From: Magnetovibrio sp.
GTDB lineage: Bacteria; Pseudomonadota; Alphaproteobacteria; Rhodospirillales; Magnetovibrionaceae
Length of the DNA stretch: 64,000 bases
Assembly: GCA_028281525.1 (NCBI GenBank)
Contig: JANQJR010000071.1
Coordinates: 4,692 to 68,691 of the forward strand
Direction of reading: 5' to 3'
The stretch's first letter is position 1, and every line of letters starts with the position of its first letter. A program made the translations under genes and the position numbers. The notes under the pieces are model-generated. The model worked only from the letters and a program-made list of their open reading frames with translations. It had not been told where the DNA came from and made no database searches. Shown here in pieces: positions 28,919 through 38,723 of the stretch.

Positions 28919-29878
28919 TCACGTTGCCGCTTGGGACAGGCGCTCGATGCGGATGGGGCCCTTCAACTGACGTAGGGCCGCACGTGCAAAACCCAGTTCG
29001 AACGCCCCGTCTTTGGCGGCGTGAACCGCCGGCAAACCGCTCCAAGGCACGTTTGGAAAGCGATGGTGCACCCGGTGGTAATTAAAATGCAGGATCAACT
29101 GAGACGCCCAACCGGGTAGGGCCAAGTTGTAGCTGTAGCGCACTTGATCCAGCGGCGTGGCGTAGTGGTAAACGTTGTCGAGGAACGACACCAGAAATCC
29201 GCGCCCTGCGATCAACGCCAGCAACAGCGGCCAATCCGCGCCATAGAGCCAAAAGCCCACGCCGTAAAACCCCGCAATCAAAACGGAATCGGTCCGCAGC
29301 TCCCAATAGCGTCCTTCCGCCACCAGTTGCTTGACCGCCCAATCCCGCACGTCCGGAGAGCCCTCCCCGCGCGGCCGAAACAGATGACGCACCAAAGATT
29401 CCAAACGGCGTTTGGGCGCCCAGCACAGCACCAGCGCGGACAATTCAATCAAATAGAGACCGATAATCAGGATGAAATAATAATGCGCCGCCCGCGAGAA
29501 CCAGCTTTCTTGCTTCGGCGCGTAGGCTTCCGAGCGGTCCATGGCGGTGCGGCTGACCTTGTGATGCACCAAGTGACCCAGCCGCAAGGCGCGAAACGGC
29601 GCGCCGAACTGCACCGCCAAAAACCGACCCATGGCGTTGTTGGTGTTCTGGGCGGGATGAAACACGCCGTGCACAGCTTCGTGCATCAAAGCCCAAAAGG
29701 CCGGCGTCACCAACACGGCGGGCAATACCAACCAAGCCCACGCATCATCCAAGGGCAGCAGCCACAGCGGCAAGGCCAAAACGATGCCCACATTGATGAC
29801 GCTGAACAGCGCGGCCAACACCATGTTCGTGCGAACCGGAATGCGTGCGGCATTTTGCAGGTGCGAATACATCGGCAT
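28919..29878 (-). CDS. Membrane fatty acid desaturase family protein
   Basis: Three His boxes: HEAVH, HLVHH, HRVHH; several TM segments. Confidence 0.88.
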   Translation of the reverse strand: MPMYSHLQNAARIPVRTNMVLAALFSVINVGIVLALPLWLLPLDDAWAWLVLPAVLVTPAFWALMHEAVHGVFHPAQNTNNAMGRFLAVQFGAPFRALRLGHLVHHKVSRTAMDRSEAYAPKQESWFSRAAHYYFILIIGLYLIELSALVLCWAPKRRLESLVRHLFRPRGEGSPDVRDWAVKQLVAEGRYWELRTDSVLIAGFYGVGFWLYGADWPLLLALIAGRGFLVSFLDNVYHYATPLDQVRYSYNLALPGWASQLILHFNYHRVHHRFPNVPWSGLPAVHAAKDGAFELGFARAALRQLKGPIRIERLSQAAT

Positions 29879-29985
29879 CTGGCGTCTCCCACTCAGGGGT
29901 ATGGAGAACCCGCCATACCAGAAAAATATGAAAGGCCTTTGACACCCGTGGACAAGACGCCAAAGAGCAAGCCAAAAGCCCAATT

Positions 29986-30792
29986 TTACGGCATCGGCAG
30001 CGGGCGCGCCTCCATGTTGTCTCTGGCGCGCCGGATCACTTCGTCGCCCGATTCCCCCGGCAAGATGATCGCACCGCCATAACGGGCTTCGATGCCCAAC
30101 GTCTGCCCCTGCCACGAAAAAGACCGGCCGCCCAACATTGCGATCAATTGCGCGGCCTTGGTCTGGCCAGACTCCAGAGTGGTGCCGGGCAAAAGCAAGC
30201 CAAAGTCGAAGTTCTCCAAGCTGCCCAGAACGTCGCCCGCCTCGGCCCCTTCGCGCAGCGCCTGCGCTGCTTGCACCATCAGGCTTTCCAGCGCGCCGTG
30301 GCCAAAGTCGGCGCGCACTTGGGCGGCGTTGGCGATTTGAATGTAGATCAACGTGAAGGAGACCTCTTCTTCTTCGGTACGGCGCACCGCCAGACCCAGG
30401 CGCGCCATAAAGGCACGCCGGCGCATGACGTGCAGCATCCGGTCCTTTTCCGCCTGCTCTTCCAGATAGGCCTCGTGCCCCTTGGTGCGCGCCAACTCGC
30501 CACGCAGGTGGTTGATCTCATCCAGCAAGGTTTGAATCGCGCCGCGCACGTTTTGGGTCATTTCCTCTTTGGGAATGCCCAGCACGGTTACGTCGTCGTC
30601 GATGGAGGTCTGGCTGTAGCCGCCATGATGAAAGTCCGCGCCGTCTCCATCGTCGTCCTCGCTATGATGGCCATGTTTTTGCTTACGTTCGCGTTTGGCG
30701 GCCTGCAACGCCCGATCCTCTTCCGCCAGACGGTTGCGTCCAGGGCGGACCGAAACGATGGGCGCGGACGGACCGACATTGTCTTGTGACAT
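29986..30792 (-). CDS. Degenerate GGDEF-domain protein
   Basis: LGIPKEEMT coiled N-region; RRAFMARL; FGHGALE; the GGDEF position reads ENFDF. Confidence 0.75.
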   Translation of the reverse strand: MSQDNVGPSAPIVSVRPGRNRLAEEDRALQAAKRERKQKHGHHSEDDDGDGADFHHGGYSQTSIDDDVTVLGIPKEEMTQNVRGAIQTLLDEINHLRGELARTKGHEAYLEEQAEKDRMLHVMRRRAFMARLGLAVRRTEEEEVSFTLIYIQIANAAQVRADFGHGALESLMVQAAQALREGAEAGDVLGSLENFDFGLLLPGTTLESGQTKAAQLIAMLGGRSFSWQGQTLGIEARYGGAIILPGESGDEVIRRARDNMEARPLPMP

Positions 30793-31019
30793 GGTCTTGA
30801 GCTTTGGCCTTCCATCATATGTGCGTGCACCATCCTTAAACGGACGGTCGAGATTCTGCATTTTGAATGTAGCACGAATCCCGCCCTCGGTGGAGGGCAA
30901 CCGGCGTTTTCGCCGCATCGCGCCTAGGGGCTTGCCTGATAGGGCGCGATGCCTATAATTGCCCGCTTTCCCGGGGCCTGAATGCGCCAAGAACGGCCCC
31001 CTTGGAGGAGCAAGACAAA

Positions 31020-31511
31020 ATGAGCGTCAAGGACCCCGCCGTGGGCATCATCATGGGCAGCCAGTCCGACTGGGAAACCATGAAAAACGCCGCCGATACG
31101 CTGGAAAAATTGGGTGTCCCGTTCGAAACCAAGATCGTCTCCGCGCACCGCACGCCGGATCGGCTTTACGACTACGCCAAGTCCGCCAGGGATCGGGGTC
31201 TGCAGACGATCATCGCCGGCGCCGGGGGGGCCGCGCACCTGCCGGGCATGGCCGCCGCCATGACCACCGTACCGGTGCTGGGCGTGCCCGTGGAAAGCAA
31301 GTCTCTCAAGGGCATGGACTCCCTGCTCTCCATCGTGCAGATGCCGGGCGGCGTGCCCGTCGGTACACTGGCCATCGGCAAGCCGGGTGCGATCAACGCA
31401 GGCCTGTTCGCCGCCTCCATCGTTGCACTCAATGATGAAGCCGTGGCCGCCAAGCTGGACGCGTGGCGCGAAAACCAGACCTCCGCCGTGGCGGACGAGC
31501 CCATCGACTGA
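31020..31511 (+). CDS. purE: N5-CAIR mutase
   Basis: [16 protein letters not shown] and [12 protein letters not shown] motifs. Confidence 0.97.
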   Translation: MSVKDPAVGIIMGSQSDWETMKNAADTLEKLGVPFETKIVSAHRTPDRLYDYAKSARDRGLQTIIAGAGGAAHLPGMAAAMTTVPVLGVPVESKSLKGMDSLLSIVQMPGGVPVGTLAIGKPGAINAGLFAASIVALNDEAVAAKLDAWRENQTSAVADEPID

Positions 31512-31527
31512 CGCTGTAGGTATTTTC

Positions 31528-32628
31528 GTGCGCAATGCCAACGCCCCCATCGCACCCGGTTCCACCATCGGCATCGTCGGCGGCGGACAGTTGGGACGCA
31601 TGACCGCCGTGGCGGCGGCAGAGCTCGGCTACAAGGTGCACATCTTCACGCCGGAACCGAACGCGCCCGCCGTCCAAGTCGCCAAACACGCCACCGTCGC
31701 GCCCTACGATAATCAAGACGCCATCGAAGCCTTCGGCCGCATGGTCGATGTGATCACGTTCGAGTTTGAGAACGTGCCCGCCGAAACGGTCAGGCACTTA
31801 ACTGCGCTCGCCCCCGTGCGCCCGAGTTGGGAATGTCTGGCGGTGTGTCAGGACCGCATCGAAGAAAAGAGCTTCTGCGCTGAACTCGGCATCGAGACCG
31901 CGCCGTGGAAAGCGGTAGGCAGCGTCGAAGAACTGCACACCGCGATTGCGGAAATCGGTGCACCCGCGGTTTTGAAGACCGCGCGGCTGGGTTATGACGG
32001 CAAAGGCCAAGTGCGCATCCACGACGACACCGATCCGGCCCGAGCGTGGGATGAGATCGGCGGCGGCCCCGCGGTTTTGGAAGGCTTCGTGGAATTCGAG
32101 CAGGAAGTCTCCGTCATCACCGCACGCCGTCCGGGCGGCGAAATGGCGTCGTTCGACGTGGTGGAAAACCGCCACCGTGACGGCATCCTGGACGTCACCA
32201 TCGCGCCCGCCGACATTCCGCCCGAGGTGGCCGAAGCGGCGCGGGACATCGGCCAAAAGCTGACCGAAGCCATGGACTTGGTCGGTCTTTTGGCGGTTGA
32301 AATGTTCGTCACCAAAGGGGGCCGGTTGCTGGTCAACGAAATGGCGCCCCGCCCCCACAATTCCGGCCACTGGACCCAGGACGGCTGCGCCACCAGCCAG
32401 TTCGAACAATTCGTGCGCGCGGTGTGCGGCCTGCCGCTCGGCGCCACGGTGCGCCATTCCGATACGGTGATGAAAAACCTGTTGGGCGAAGACGCAAACT
32501 TGTGGGAACAGCACCTGTCCGATCCCGGCAACAAGCTGCATTTGTATGGCAAGGACGACGCCAAGCCTGGCCGCAAAATGGGCCACATCAACCGCATCTA
32601 TGCAAAAGGCTCCCAGCCGAAAGGCTGA
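31528..32628 (+). CDS. purK: N5-CAIR synthase
   Basis: GIVGGGQLGRM, GYDGKGQ, NEMAPRPHNSGHW and RKMGH motifs. Confidence 0.96.
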   Translation: MRNANAPIAPGSTIGIVGGGQLGRMTAVAAAELGYKVHIFTPEPNAPAVQVAKHATVAPYDNQDAIEAFGRMVDVITFEFENVPAETVRHLTALAPVRPSWECLAVCQDRIEEKSFCAELGIETAPWKAVGSVEELHTAIAEIGAPAVLKTARLGYDGKGQVRIHDDTDPARAWDEIGGGPAVLEGFVEFEQEVSVITARRPGGEMASFDVVENRHRDGILDVTIAPADIPPEVAEAARDIGQKLTEAMDLVGLLAVEMFVTKGGRLLVNEMAPRPHNSGHWTQDGCATSQFEQFVRAVCGLPLGATVRHSDTVMKNLLGEDANLWEQHLSDPGNKLHLYGKDDAKPGRKMGHINRIYAKGSQPKG

Positions 32629-32646
32629 TGCACAGTTACGCTGGGA

Positions 32647-33786
32647 TCAGCGAAACGCCTTCAAATAGTGGTGCTCAAACCACCGCTTCGACCAATGGCC
32701 GAAAACGGACATGGGGAACTGCAGATTCCGTTTGGTGTCGCGATAGACCATGGTGCCCGACGACAAGGTGTCGACGATGCAAATCAACTCCACCCGGAAG
32801 GTGTTGTCCGCAGACTGGCCCGCCAGTTCCGCGGTCAGGTTTTGAACGGCGGCCTTCGCTTGCAAATCCGCCATGTGCGCCTGCTTCGGCATCCAGTCGG
32901 GACCGCCCGCGTAAGATCCCGTATCGCCGACGACATAGGTTTTTTCCCAGCCTTCGATCTTGCAACGCATATCCGCCTGCACCATGCCGCCGGGCGAGAG
33001 GGGCAAACCGCTGTCCTGTACCCAGGCAGGACCGGTCAAGCCGGGCATGAACAAGATCAGATCGGCGGAGAACGCACCGCCCTCGGTCACCACCTGGCCG
33101 TCTTCGAACGCTTTCATTTTATGGCCCAAGTGCGTTTCGATGCCGCGCTTGGACATTTCGCCGAGCAACCGTGCAACGGCTTTTTCCCCCATGCGGATGC
33201 CGGGCTTCGGCGCCGGCGAGAAAAACACCAGCTTGAATTGATCGCGCTTGTTTTGTTGACGCAAGTAAGTGTCGATGCCGAACAAGAATTCGAATATGGG
33301 GCCGCCACGCACGCCGCTGGGCTCCTTGGGATTGCCACCAAAGCCCATGGCGATGGTGCCGCCGCCGCTTTCCATCATGGCATGCAGGCGGTCGTGGATT
33401 TGCTGGGCCTCGGCGGTGCCGGAGCACGGCACGATGGCGTTTTCGATACCGGGAAGCTTGCGGATGAAGCGCCCGCCGGACGCGATGATCAAGCCGTCGT
33501 TGGTGACTTCTCCCTGGTCGGTCACGACGGAGCGGCCACCTTGGTCCAGTCCCGAGACAGCGCCCGGATGAAAATCGATGCGATTGGCGACCAAAAAATG
33601 ATCCAACGGGATGACCAAATCTTCCGCCTTGCGCAGTTTCGTCGGCACCCAAATCAAGCTCGGGTAATACACGAACTCCGGTTTCGGCGCGATCAGCGTG
33701 ATGGACGCATCCGGGTCGCTTTTGCGCAACAACTGCGCGGCGGTGAGCCCGCCGAACCCGGCGCCGATAACGGCATAATTCACCAT
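32647..33786 (-). CDS. sqrF: Sulfide:quinone oxidoreductase, type VI (SqrF-like)
   Basis: 379 aa; GAGFGG FAD motif; Cys at 121, 275 and 336, matching the C121/C272/C332 pattern I recall for Thiocapsa SqrF; PKQAHMAD. Confidence 0.75.
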   Translation of the reverse strand: MVNYAVIGAGFGGLTAAQLLRKSDPDASITLIAPKPEFVYYPSLIWVPTKLRKAEDLVIPLDHFLVANRIDFHPGAVSGLDQGGRSVVTDQGEVTNDGLIIASGGRFIRKLPGIENAIVPCSGTAEAQQIHDRLHAMMESGGGTIAMGFGGNPKEPSGVRGGPIFEFLFGIDTYLRQQNKRDQFKLVFFSPAPKPGIRMGEKAVARLLGEMSKRGIETHLGHKMKAFEDGQVVTEGGAFSADLILFMPGLTGPAWVQDSGLPLSPGGMVQADMRCKIEGWEKTYVVGDTGSYAGGPDWMPKQAHMADLQAKAAVQNLTAELAGQSADNTFRVELICIVDTLSSGTMVYRDTKRNLQFPMSVFGHWSKRWFEHHYLKAFR

Positions 33787-33862
33787 GGTCGTTCCTTTGC
33801 CAGAAAGCGTTTCTTTTGCAAAAACCTAACAAGAGGTCGGGCTTTTTTCAAACCAGCTTTGT

Positions 33863-34004
33863 TAGGGTCAGGGCCCATTATTGTGATGCGTTTGGCAGCG
33901 TCAGAGCCGCCTGAAAGTGGTGGCGCGCTTCCGGCGTGTCTTTATCCTTGTCAGAAACCGGTTTTCGCAAACCAGACACACCAGAGTAATGGGTTCCGAC
34001 CCTA
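33863..34004. mobile_element. MITE-like repeat, copy 1
   Basis: Terminal inverted repeats TAGGGTC..CCCATTA / TAATGGG..GACCCTA; shares a 23-nt identical block and a similar 3' half with 46437-46547. Confidence 0.7.
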
Positions 34005-34096
34005 ATGCGATTTAGTCTCAATCACAACAAAAATTGAATGGAATCCTGTTCTGACATATACTGCCCGTTCGAGGCATCACCGCGACGGAGCCTTTC

Positions 34097-34405
34097 ATGG
34101 CCGATACCGCCATCGGATCTGATTTAAACGCCCTGACGTACGCACGCAGCCGGGAGCTGCGCGCCCGTGACAATCAGCTCGCCATCGATGCCAATCGGAC
34201 CAATCGCACTGAGCGCACGCAGGAGACACAGGACAGCGTGCGCCGCGCGGAAGACGCGGATGCATATCAGCAGCGTCTCGACGATGAGCAGCGTGCGCGC
34301 GACCAACAACTGCAAGCCGCACTAGACGCGCAGCGCGATATTGAGGCCAACGCACAATCCAACGAACCCCAACCGCGCGGCTCGCTCATCGATCTTTTGG
34401 CTTAA
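34097..34405 (+). CDS. Hypothetical coiled-coil protein
   Basis: GGAG SD; GC-biased codons; ends PRGSLIDLLA. Confidence 0.75.
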   Translation: MADTAIGSDLNALTYARSRELRARDNQLAIDANRTNRTERTQETQDSVRRAEDADAYQQRLDDEQRARDQQLQAALDAQRDIEANAQSNEPQPRGSLIDLLA

Positions 34406-34417
34406 ATTCTGGGAAAT

Positions 34418-35299
34418 TTACGCCCGCCCGCTCACACCGCTGTAGGCGGCGGCCGTGTTGGCGCGGGTGAGCGACTTCTGGATGTCCTGGGCGGAGATGC
34501 GCTGTTCCTTCACCGCTTCGAGAAGTTCGATTTCCACCGCCAGGCTTTTGTCCAGGTGCAACGCGATGGCGTGGCGGATGAAGTCCTTGGTCGAACGGTC
34601 CACGCCCCGGTTGGCAAGCGCATTGGACAACAACTCGCGGCGCACCAGCGGCGGGAACCGCAGCACTTCGATCGTCACCATCTTTTTCACCTGCAGCGGG
34701 ATCATCGGTGTGGCGAAGATGCGGTCCAGGCAATAGCTGTAGATGCCGAAGTCGAGCCGCCCCGCAACGGACTTGGTGAAGTCCACGAAGTCGTCGATGA
34801 ACGTCCCGGACGCGATCTTGCCTTCGATCAGGAAGCGCACGGTTTCCAGGAATTTGCGGTAGCGCGTTCTTGCGGGGTTGAGGTCGTCGCTGAGCACCGC
34901 TTCCAGCTCACGGATGCGCACTTCACGAAAGCCCGATTGCAAGACCGCTTGCGCGCCGGTGCGCACCTGAGGCGAAAGGGTTTGCTTTTCGATCAGTTCG
35001 AACAATTCTTCGAACGCTTCGCGCCGGGCATCGTCCAAGTTGGCGGCGCGGTGCGCCAATGGCATCAAAGCCGCACGCGCGACCAGTTCGTCTTTGGAAC
35101 AAATCGACGCCATGGCCTGGGCGTCACGGGGAATGTGCAGCTTGGCGGATTGGAAGTCGTCGGTGATCAAGAACCGGCCGTTGCCTTGGAACGTCAAGTA
35201 ACGCCCCAGCTTGTTGCACATGAGGAAGTGATCGGCGAGGCCAATGCCCTGCACCGGTTTGGCGGTCGTGGCTTGAGACGCGTTCATCTGCGTGGTCAT
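34418..35299 (-). CDS. Conserved hypothetical protein
   Basis: 293-aa ORF with strong host codon bias and GAGGAG SD. Confidence 0.8.
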   Translation of the reverse strand: MTTQMNASQATTAKPVQGIGLADHFLMCNKLGRYLTFQGNGRFLITDDFQSAKLHIPRDAQAMASICSKDELVARAALMPLAHRAANLDDARREAFEELFELIEKQTLSPQVRTGAQAVLQSGFREVRIRELEAVLSDDLNPARTRYRKFLETVRFLIEGKIASGTFIDDFVDFTKSVAGRLDFGIYSYCLDRIFATPMIPLQVKKMVTIEVLRFPPLVRRELLSNALANRGVDRSTKDFIRHAIALHLDKSLAVEIELLEAVKEQRISAQDIQKSLTRANTAAAYSGVSGRA

Positions 35300-35365
35300 G
35301 AATGGTTTCCCTTCTGTCTCTCCTCAAGCCTTCCGATTTTCAGATATTTTGTTTACGGGTTGTAA

Positions 35366-36067
35366 CTAGGGGCGCATTTCCAAATCCGTTTTGGCTTTGC
35401 CTGTGAAGCGCGCAAACGGTCCGCCCTTCACGATGTCCTCCACGGCCTTCATCACCTTGGCCTTCATCGGCGGGATTTTCAAAACGTCGTCGATGCGCCG
35501 CTCCAAGAAGCCCCAGGTGTCTTCACAGCCTTCGGAATTGTCGTTCAACCAATAGAGCACCGTCGCGGCGTAGACCGGCGCAAGCAGGCCGCGCTTGGTG
35601 TACCAGTTGAAGTCCGCCGAGCGATCGCCCGCCATGTACCACATGTGATCCACGGTGGTGTGCGTCAGTTGCGCCATCAGCCCCGCGTGCAGCGGGTTGG
35701 CCAGCACGTGCAGGCCGCCGCGTACCGCTTCGCGGTGTGGCGTGAGAAATTCGAGCCGCGCGCGCACGCCGAAAATCACCCGGTCGCGCACCCGCATGTT
35801 GGGCATGTCCGCGCGTTCCATGGCCTGGATCATTTCCCGGTCCGCAATGGCGGCGAATTGGGCGATGGCGTCCTCCGCCCCGCCCGGAAACAACCGCTTG
35901 GCGGTATCGGCGTCAAACCCCAAATCCTGAGCCCCCGCCGCAAGCGCGACATCGCCCCAGCCGTCGAACGCCACGTGCGGTGCGGCGGCGAGCACGATTT
36001 GATCCTTTTTCGCTTCGCGTTTGGCCATCCGCTCAGCCATGGTTTTCGCTTTTGTCTCGGCGCTCAT
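35366..36067 (-). CDS. COQ9 family ubiquinone biosynthesis protein (rpsU-divergent)
   Basis: HVAFDGW, MRVRDRV, AGDRSADFNWYTKRGLL and TWGFLERRI motifs. Confidence 0.88.
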   Translation of the reverse strand: MSAETKAKTMAERMAKREAKKDQIVLAAAPHVAFDGWGDVALAAGAQDLGFDADTAKRLFPGGAEDAIAQFAAIADREMIQAMERADMPNMRVRDRVIFGVRARLEFLTPHREAVRGGLHVLANPLHAGLMAQLTHTTVDHMWYMAGDRSADFNWYTKRGLLAPVYAATVLYWLNDNSEGCEDTWGFLERRIDDVLKIPPMKAKVMKAVEDIVKGGPFARFTGKAKTDLEMRP

Positions 36068-36094
36068 ACGGTTGGATCCTTGTTGTTCTTCCGC

Positions 36095-36649
36095 CTATTC
36101 CTCTGAGGGCTCTTCACGCAGATGGGCCTGGCGGGTCATTTCCTCGGTAAAGCCGAAACGGCTCATGTCCTCGATCCGGTAAGGATACAGGATCCCGTCC
36201 AGGTGGTCACATTCGTGCTGGATCACCCGGGCGTGAAACCCATTTGCTTCGCGCACATGGCGCTCGCCGTCCAAATCATACGCTGAATAGCGGATATGGG
36301 TAAAGCGCGGCACTTCACCCATCATGCCGGGAATCGACAAGCATCCTTCCGGGCCGATTTTTTTTTCAGGGCTCAAGGGCTCGATCTCCGGATTGATCAA
36401 CACCGTCAAGGGGACACCCTGCCCTTCGCCGCCTTCGGCCTTATCACGTTCGGGGTAAACGGTATAGACAACGACGCGCAAAGGCACATGGACTTGTGGT
36501 GCGGCCAAACCGGTCCCGTTGGCGTCGTGCATGGTTTCAATCATGTTTTCAACCAGTTCCGCGATGTCCGGACGGGTCGGGTCGTCCACCGGCACGGCCT
36601 TGGCCTTCAAAATGGGGTGACCCATGCGGGCAATCTTAAGTATAGCCAT
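36095..36649 (-). CDS. def: Peptide deformylase
   Basis: GTGLAAPQ, EGCLS and QHECDHLDG motifs. Confidence 0.96.
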   Translation of the reverse strand: MAILKIARMGHPILKAKAVPVDDPTRPDIAELVENMIETMHDANGTGLAAPQVHVPLRVVVYTVYPERDKAEGGEGQGVPLTVLINPEIEPLSPEKKIGPEGCLSIPGMMGEVPRFTHIRYSAYDLDGERHVREANGFHARVIQHECDHLDGILYPYRIEDMSRFGFTEEMTRQAHLREEPSEE

Positions 36650-36932
36650 TTGATTCTACCGTATTATTCCAATCCACAGCCCGCTTCGCGGGCAAGGCAA
36701 GCGCCCCAATGTGGGGGCACCCCACACCGCGCGAATGCGCGTAAGCCAAGCGACCGAAAGGCGCGCCCGGCGTTTGAGGGCTTTTAACAAATAGCTGGCA
36801 AAGCCAGCCAACGCTTCACATATGGGGATGCGTGTGCTAAAACACGCCCCGTTTCCCGCCACTGTGGCTGGGAAACCGTTGAGAAGCAAGGCTTCTCGAC
36901 GAAAAACCCAAACTTGAAAGGAAGTGATTAAC

Positions 36933-37136
36933 GTGCAAGTTGTCGTTCGTGATAACAACGTTGATCAGGCGCTGAAAGTGCTGAAGAAGAAAATGCAGCG
37001 GGAAGGTATTTTCCGCGAGCTGAAGCTTCGCAAGCACTTCGAAAAGCCCTCCGAAAAGCGTGCGCGCGAAAAGGCCGAAGCGGTCTCCCGCGCCCGTAAA
37101 ATGGAGCGCAAACGCCTGGAACGCGAAGGTTTCTAA
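36933..37136 (+). CDS. rpsU: 30S ribosomal protein S21
   Basis: [32 protein letters not shown]. Confidence 0.97.
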   Translation: MQVVVRDNNVDQALKVLKKKMQREGIFRELKLRKHFEKPSEKRAREKAEAVSRARKMERKRLEREGF

Positions 37137-37163
37137 CCGAAACCACCGCGTTTCAAACGAAAG

Positions 37164-37186
37164 GCCCGCCGTCTGGCGGGTTTTTT
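37164..37186 (+). terminator. Intrinsic terminator after rpsU
   Basis: CCCGCC-GTCT-GGCGGG followed by TTTTTT. Confidence 0.85.
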
Positions 37187-37368
37187 GTTGGGCAAACCGC
37201 GCCGCGCCGTTCTGTCGGCTTTGTGACAAGCCCCTCGCCCCCATGGCGCACAACAGGCCACAAGCGCAGCTTTTTATTCTAAATTACAAACAAAAACAAT
37301 GTTTTATGATGCAGGTGCGCATCTTGCATGAGGGTCCTCACCAATAATCTTCAAGGTGCGGACAACGA

Positions 37369-38700
37369 ATGAACTTCGACACAGACCATTATACGCAAAG
37401 CTTTGGTTTCGACACTTTTTCTAGGGGAAGCGGCGATTATTCCGGGCCGTACATCCCCGAGGCCATTGACTGCCAAAGGTGTGGATACTGCCTGCGCACT
37501 TGCCCGACCTACAAGGTCAAAGCCGAGGAAGCCTACAGCCCGCGCGGCCGGGTGCGGATGATCGAGCGTGTGCTCAAACAGAAGGATGTGCTCAATGACG
37601 GCGAACTGGCGGCATTGAACGCATGTACGCTGTGCCGGACCTGCGAACCGGCCTGCCCCTCGAAGATGGATTATGCCGGACTGTACCGCCAAGTTATGGA
37701 AGCCATTGAACCCAAGCCTCAAAAGAGCTTGGCGATCAAGCTGCTTCTGCATCTCTCCGCCACGGGGCGTTCGACGCAACGCGCACTGCGCGCCTTGATC
37801 CACACGTACCGGCGCAGTGGACTTCAGTGGCTGCTGAGAAGGTTGCCGCGCACACCGCTCAAAGGCGATTTTAAGCAACTGGACGCGCTTCTGCCCGTCC
37901 CCCATGCGACGGGCAAAGTTCCCCACCACAGTCAAGCGGCGGACACTGCTGTGCGGCAAGGGGATGTGCGGCAAGGAGAAGTAACGCTGTTCACCGGCTG
38001 CGTCGCAAACACTTTGGACACTGAAACGCACACCGCCACAACCACGTTGCTGACACACCTCGGTTATGACGTGCGCATACTCAAGACCCAAACCTGTTGC
38101 GGCGCCATGCATGCCCATAACGGGGAAATGGAGCGCGCCAAAGCCCTGGCCCAAACGAACATCACCGCCTTTTGTGAAAGTGGGACGGACGCAATCCTCT
38201 ACAACGCAAGCGGCTGCGGCGCGTTTTTGAGCGAATATGAAATGGTGCTCAAAGATGATGCGCATGACGGCTCCCTCGAACGCCAGCCACTGATTGTCGA
38301 CGTCTTGAGTTTCCTTGTCGATGACGGGCGGATCGGTGAACTGTCGTTTCGGGCGCTCAAGAAACGCGTGGCCGTGCATGAACCCTGCTCTCAGCGCAAC
38401 GTTTTGAAGACGCAGGATGTGATTTATGAGGCTTTGTCACGGATTCCGGACCTGGAGGTCGTCCCGCTGCCCGACAACTCTATGTGCTGTGGCGCCGGCG
38501 GAACCAAGATGGTGACCCAGCCCGAACTGGCTGCACCGCCGAGAGACGAAAAGGTGCAAGCGCTCATCGACAGCGAAGCCGAAATCCTGCTCAGCACAAA
38601 TCTCACCTGCGCACTGCATCTGGCGCAGGGCGTTCGTGAGGCCGGCCGCAAGGTCGAGGTCTTGCATCCCGTCAGTCTCCTGGCGCAGCAATTGATGTAA
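37369..38700 (+). CDS. glcF: GlcF-like Fe-S subunit (2x 4Fe-4S plus 2 CCG domains)
   Basis: CQRCGYCLRTCP, CTLCRTCEPACP, CCGAMHAHNG, NASGCG, HEPC and CCGAGG motifs. Confidence 0.8.
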   Translation: MNFDTDHYTQSFGFDTFSRGSGDYSGPYIPEAIDCQRCGYCLRTCPTYKVKAEEAYSPRGRVRMIERVLKQKDVLNDGELAALNACTLCRTCEPACPSKMDYAGLYRQVMEAIEPKPQKSLAIKLLLHLSATGRSTQRALRALIHTYRRSGLQWLLRRLPRTPLKGDFKQLDALLPVPHATGKVPHHSQAADTAVRQGDVRQGEVTLFTGCVANTLDTETHTATTTLLTHLGYDVRILKTQTCCGAMHAHNGEMERAKALAQTNITAFCESGTDAILYNASGCGAFLSEYEMVLKDDAHDGSLERQPLIVDVLSFLVDDGRIGELSFRALKKRVAVHEPCSQRNVLKTQDVIYEALSRIPDLEVVPLPDNSMCCGAGGTKMVTQPELAAPPRDEKVQALIDSEAEILLSTNLTCALHLAQGVREAGRKVEVLHPVSLLAQQLM

Positions 38701-38723
38701 AGCCGGCGCTTGTCGCCCGCGCC

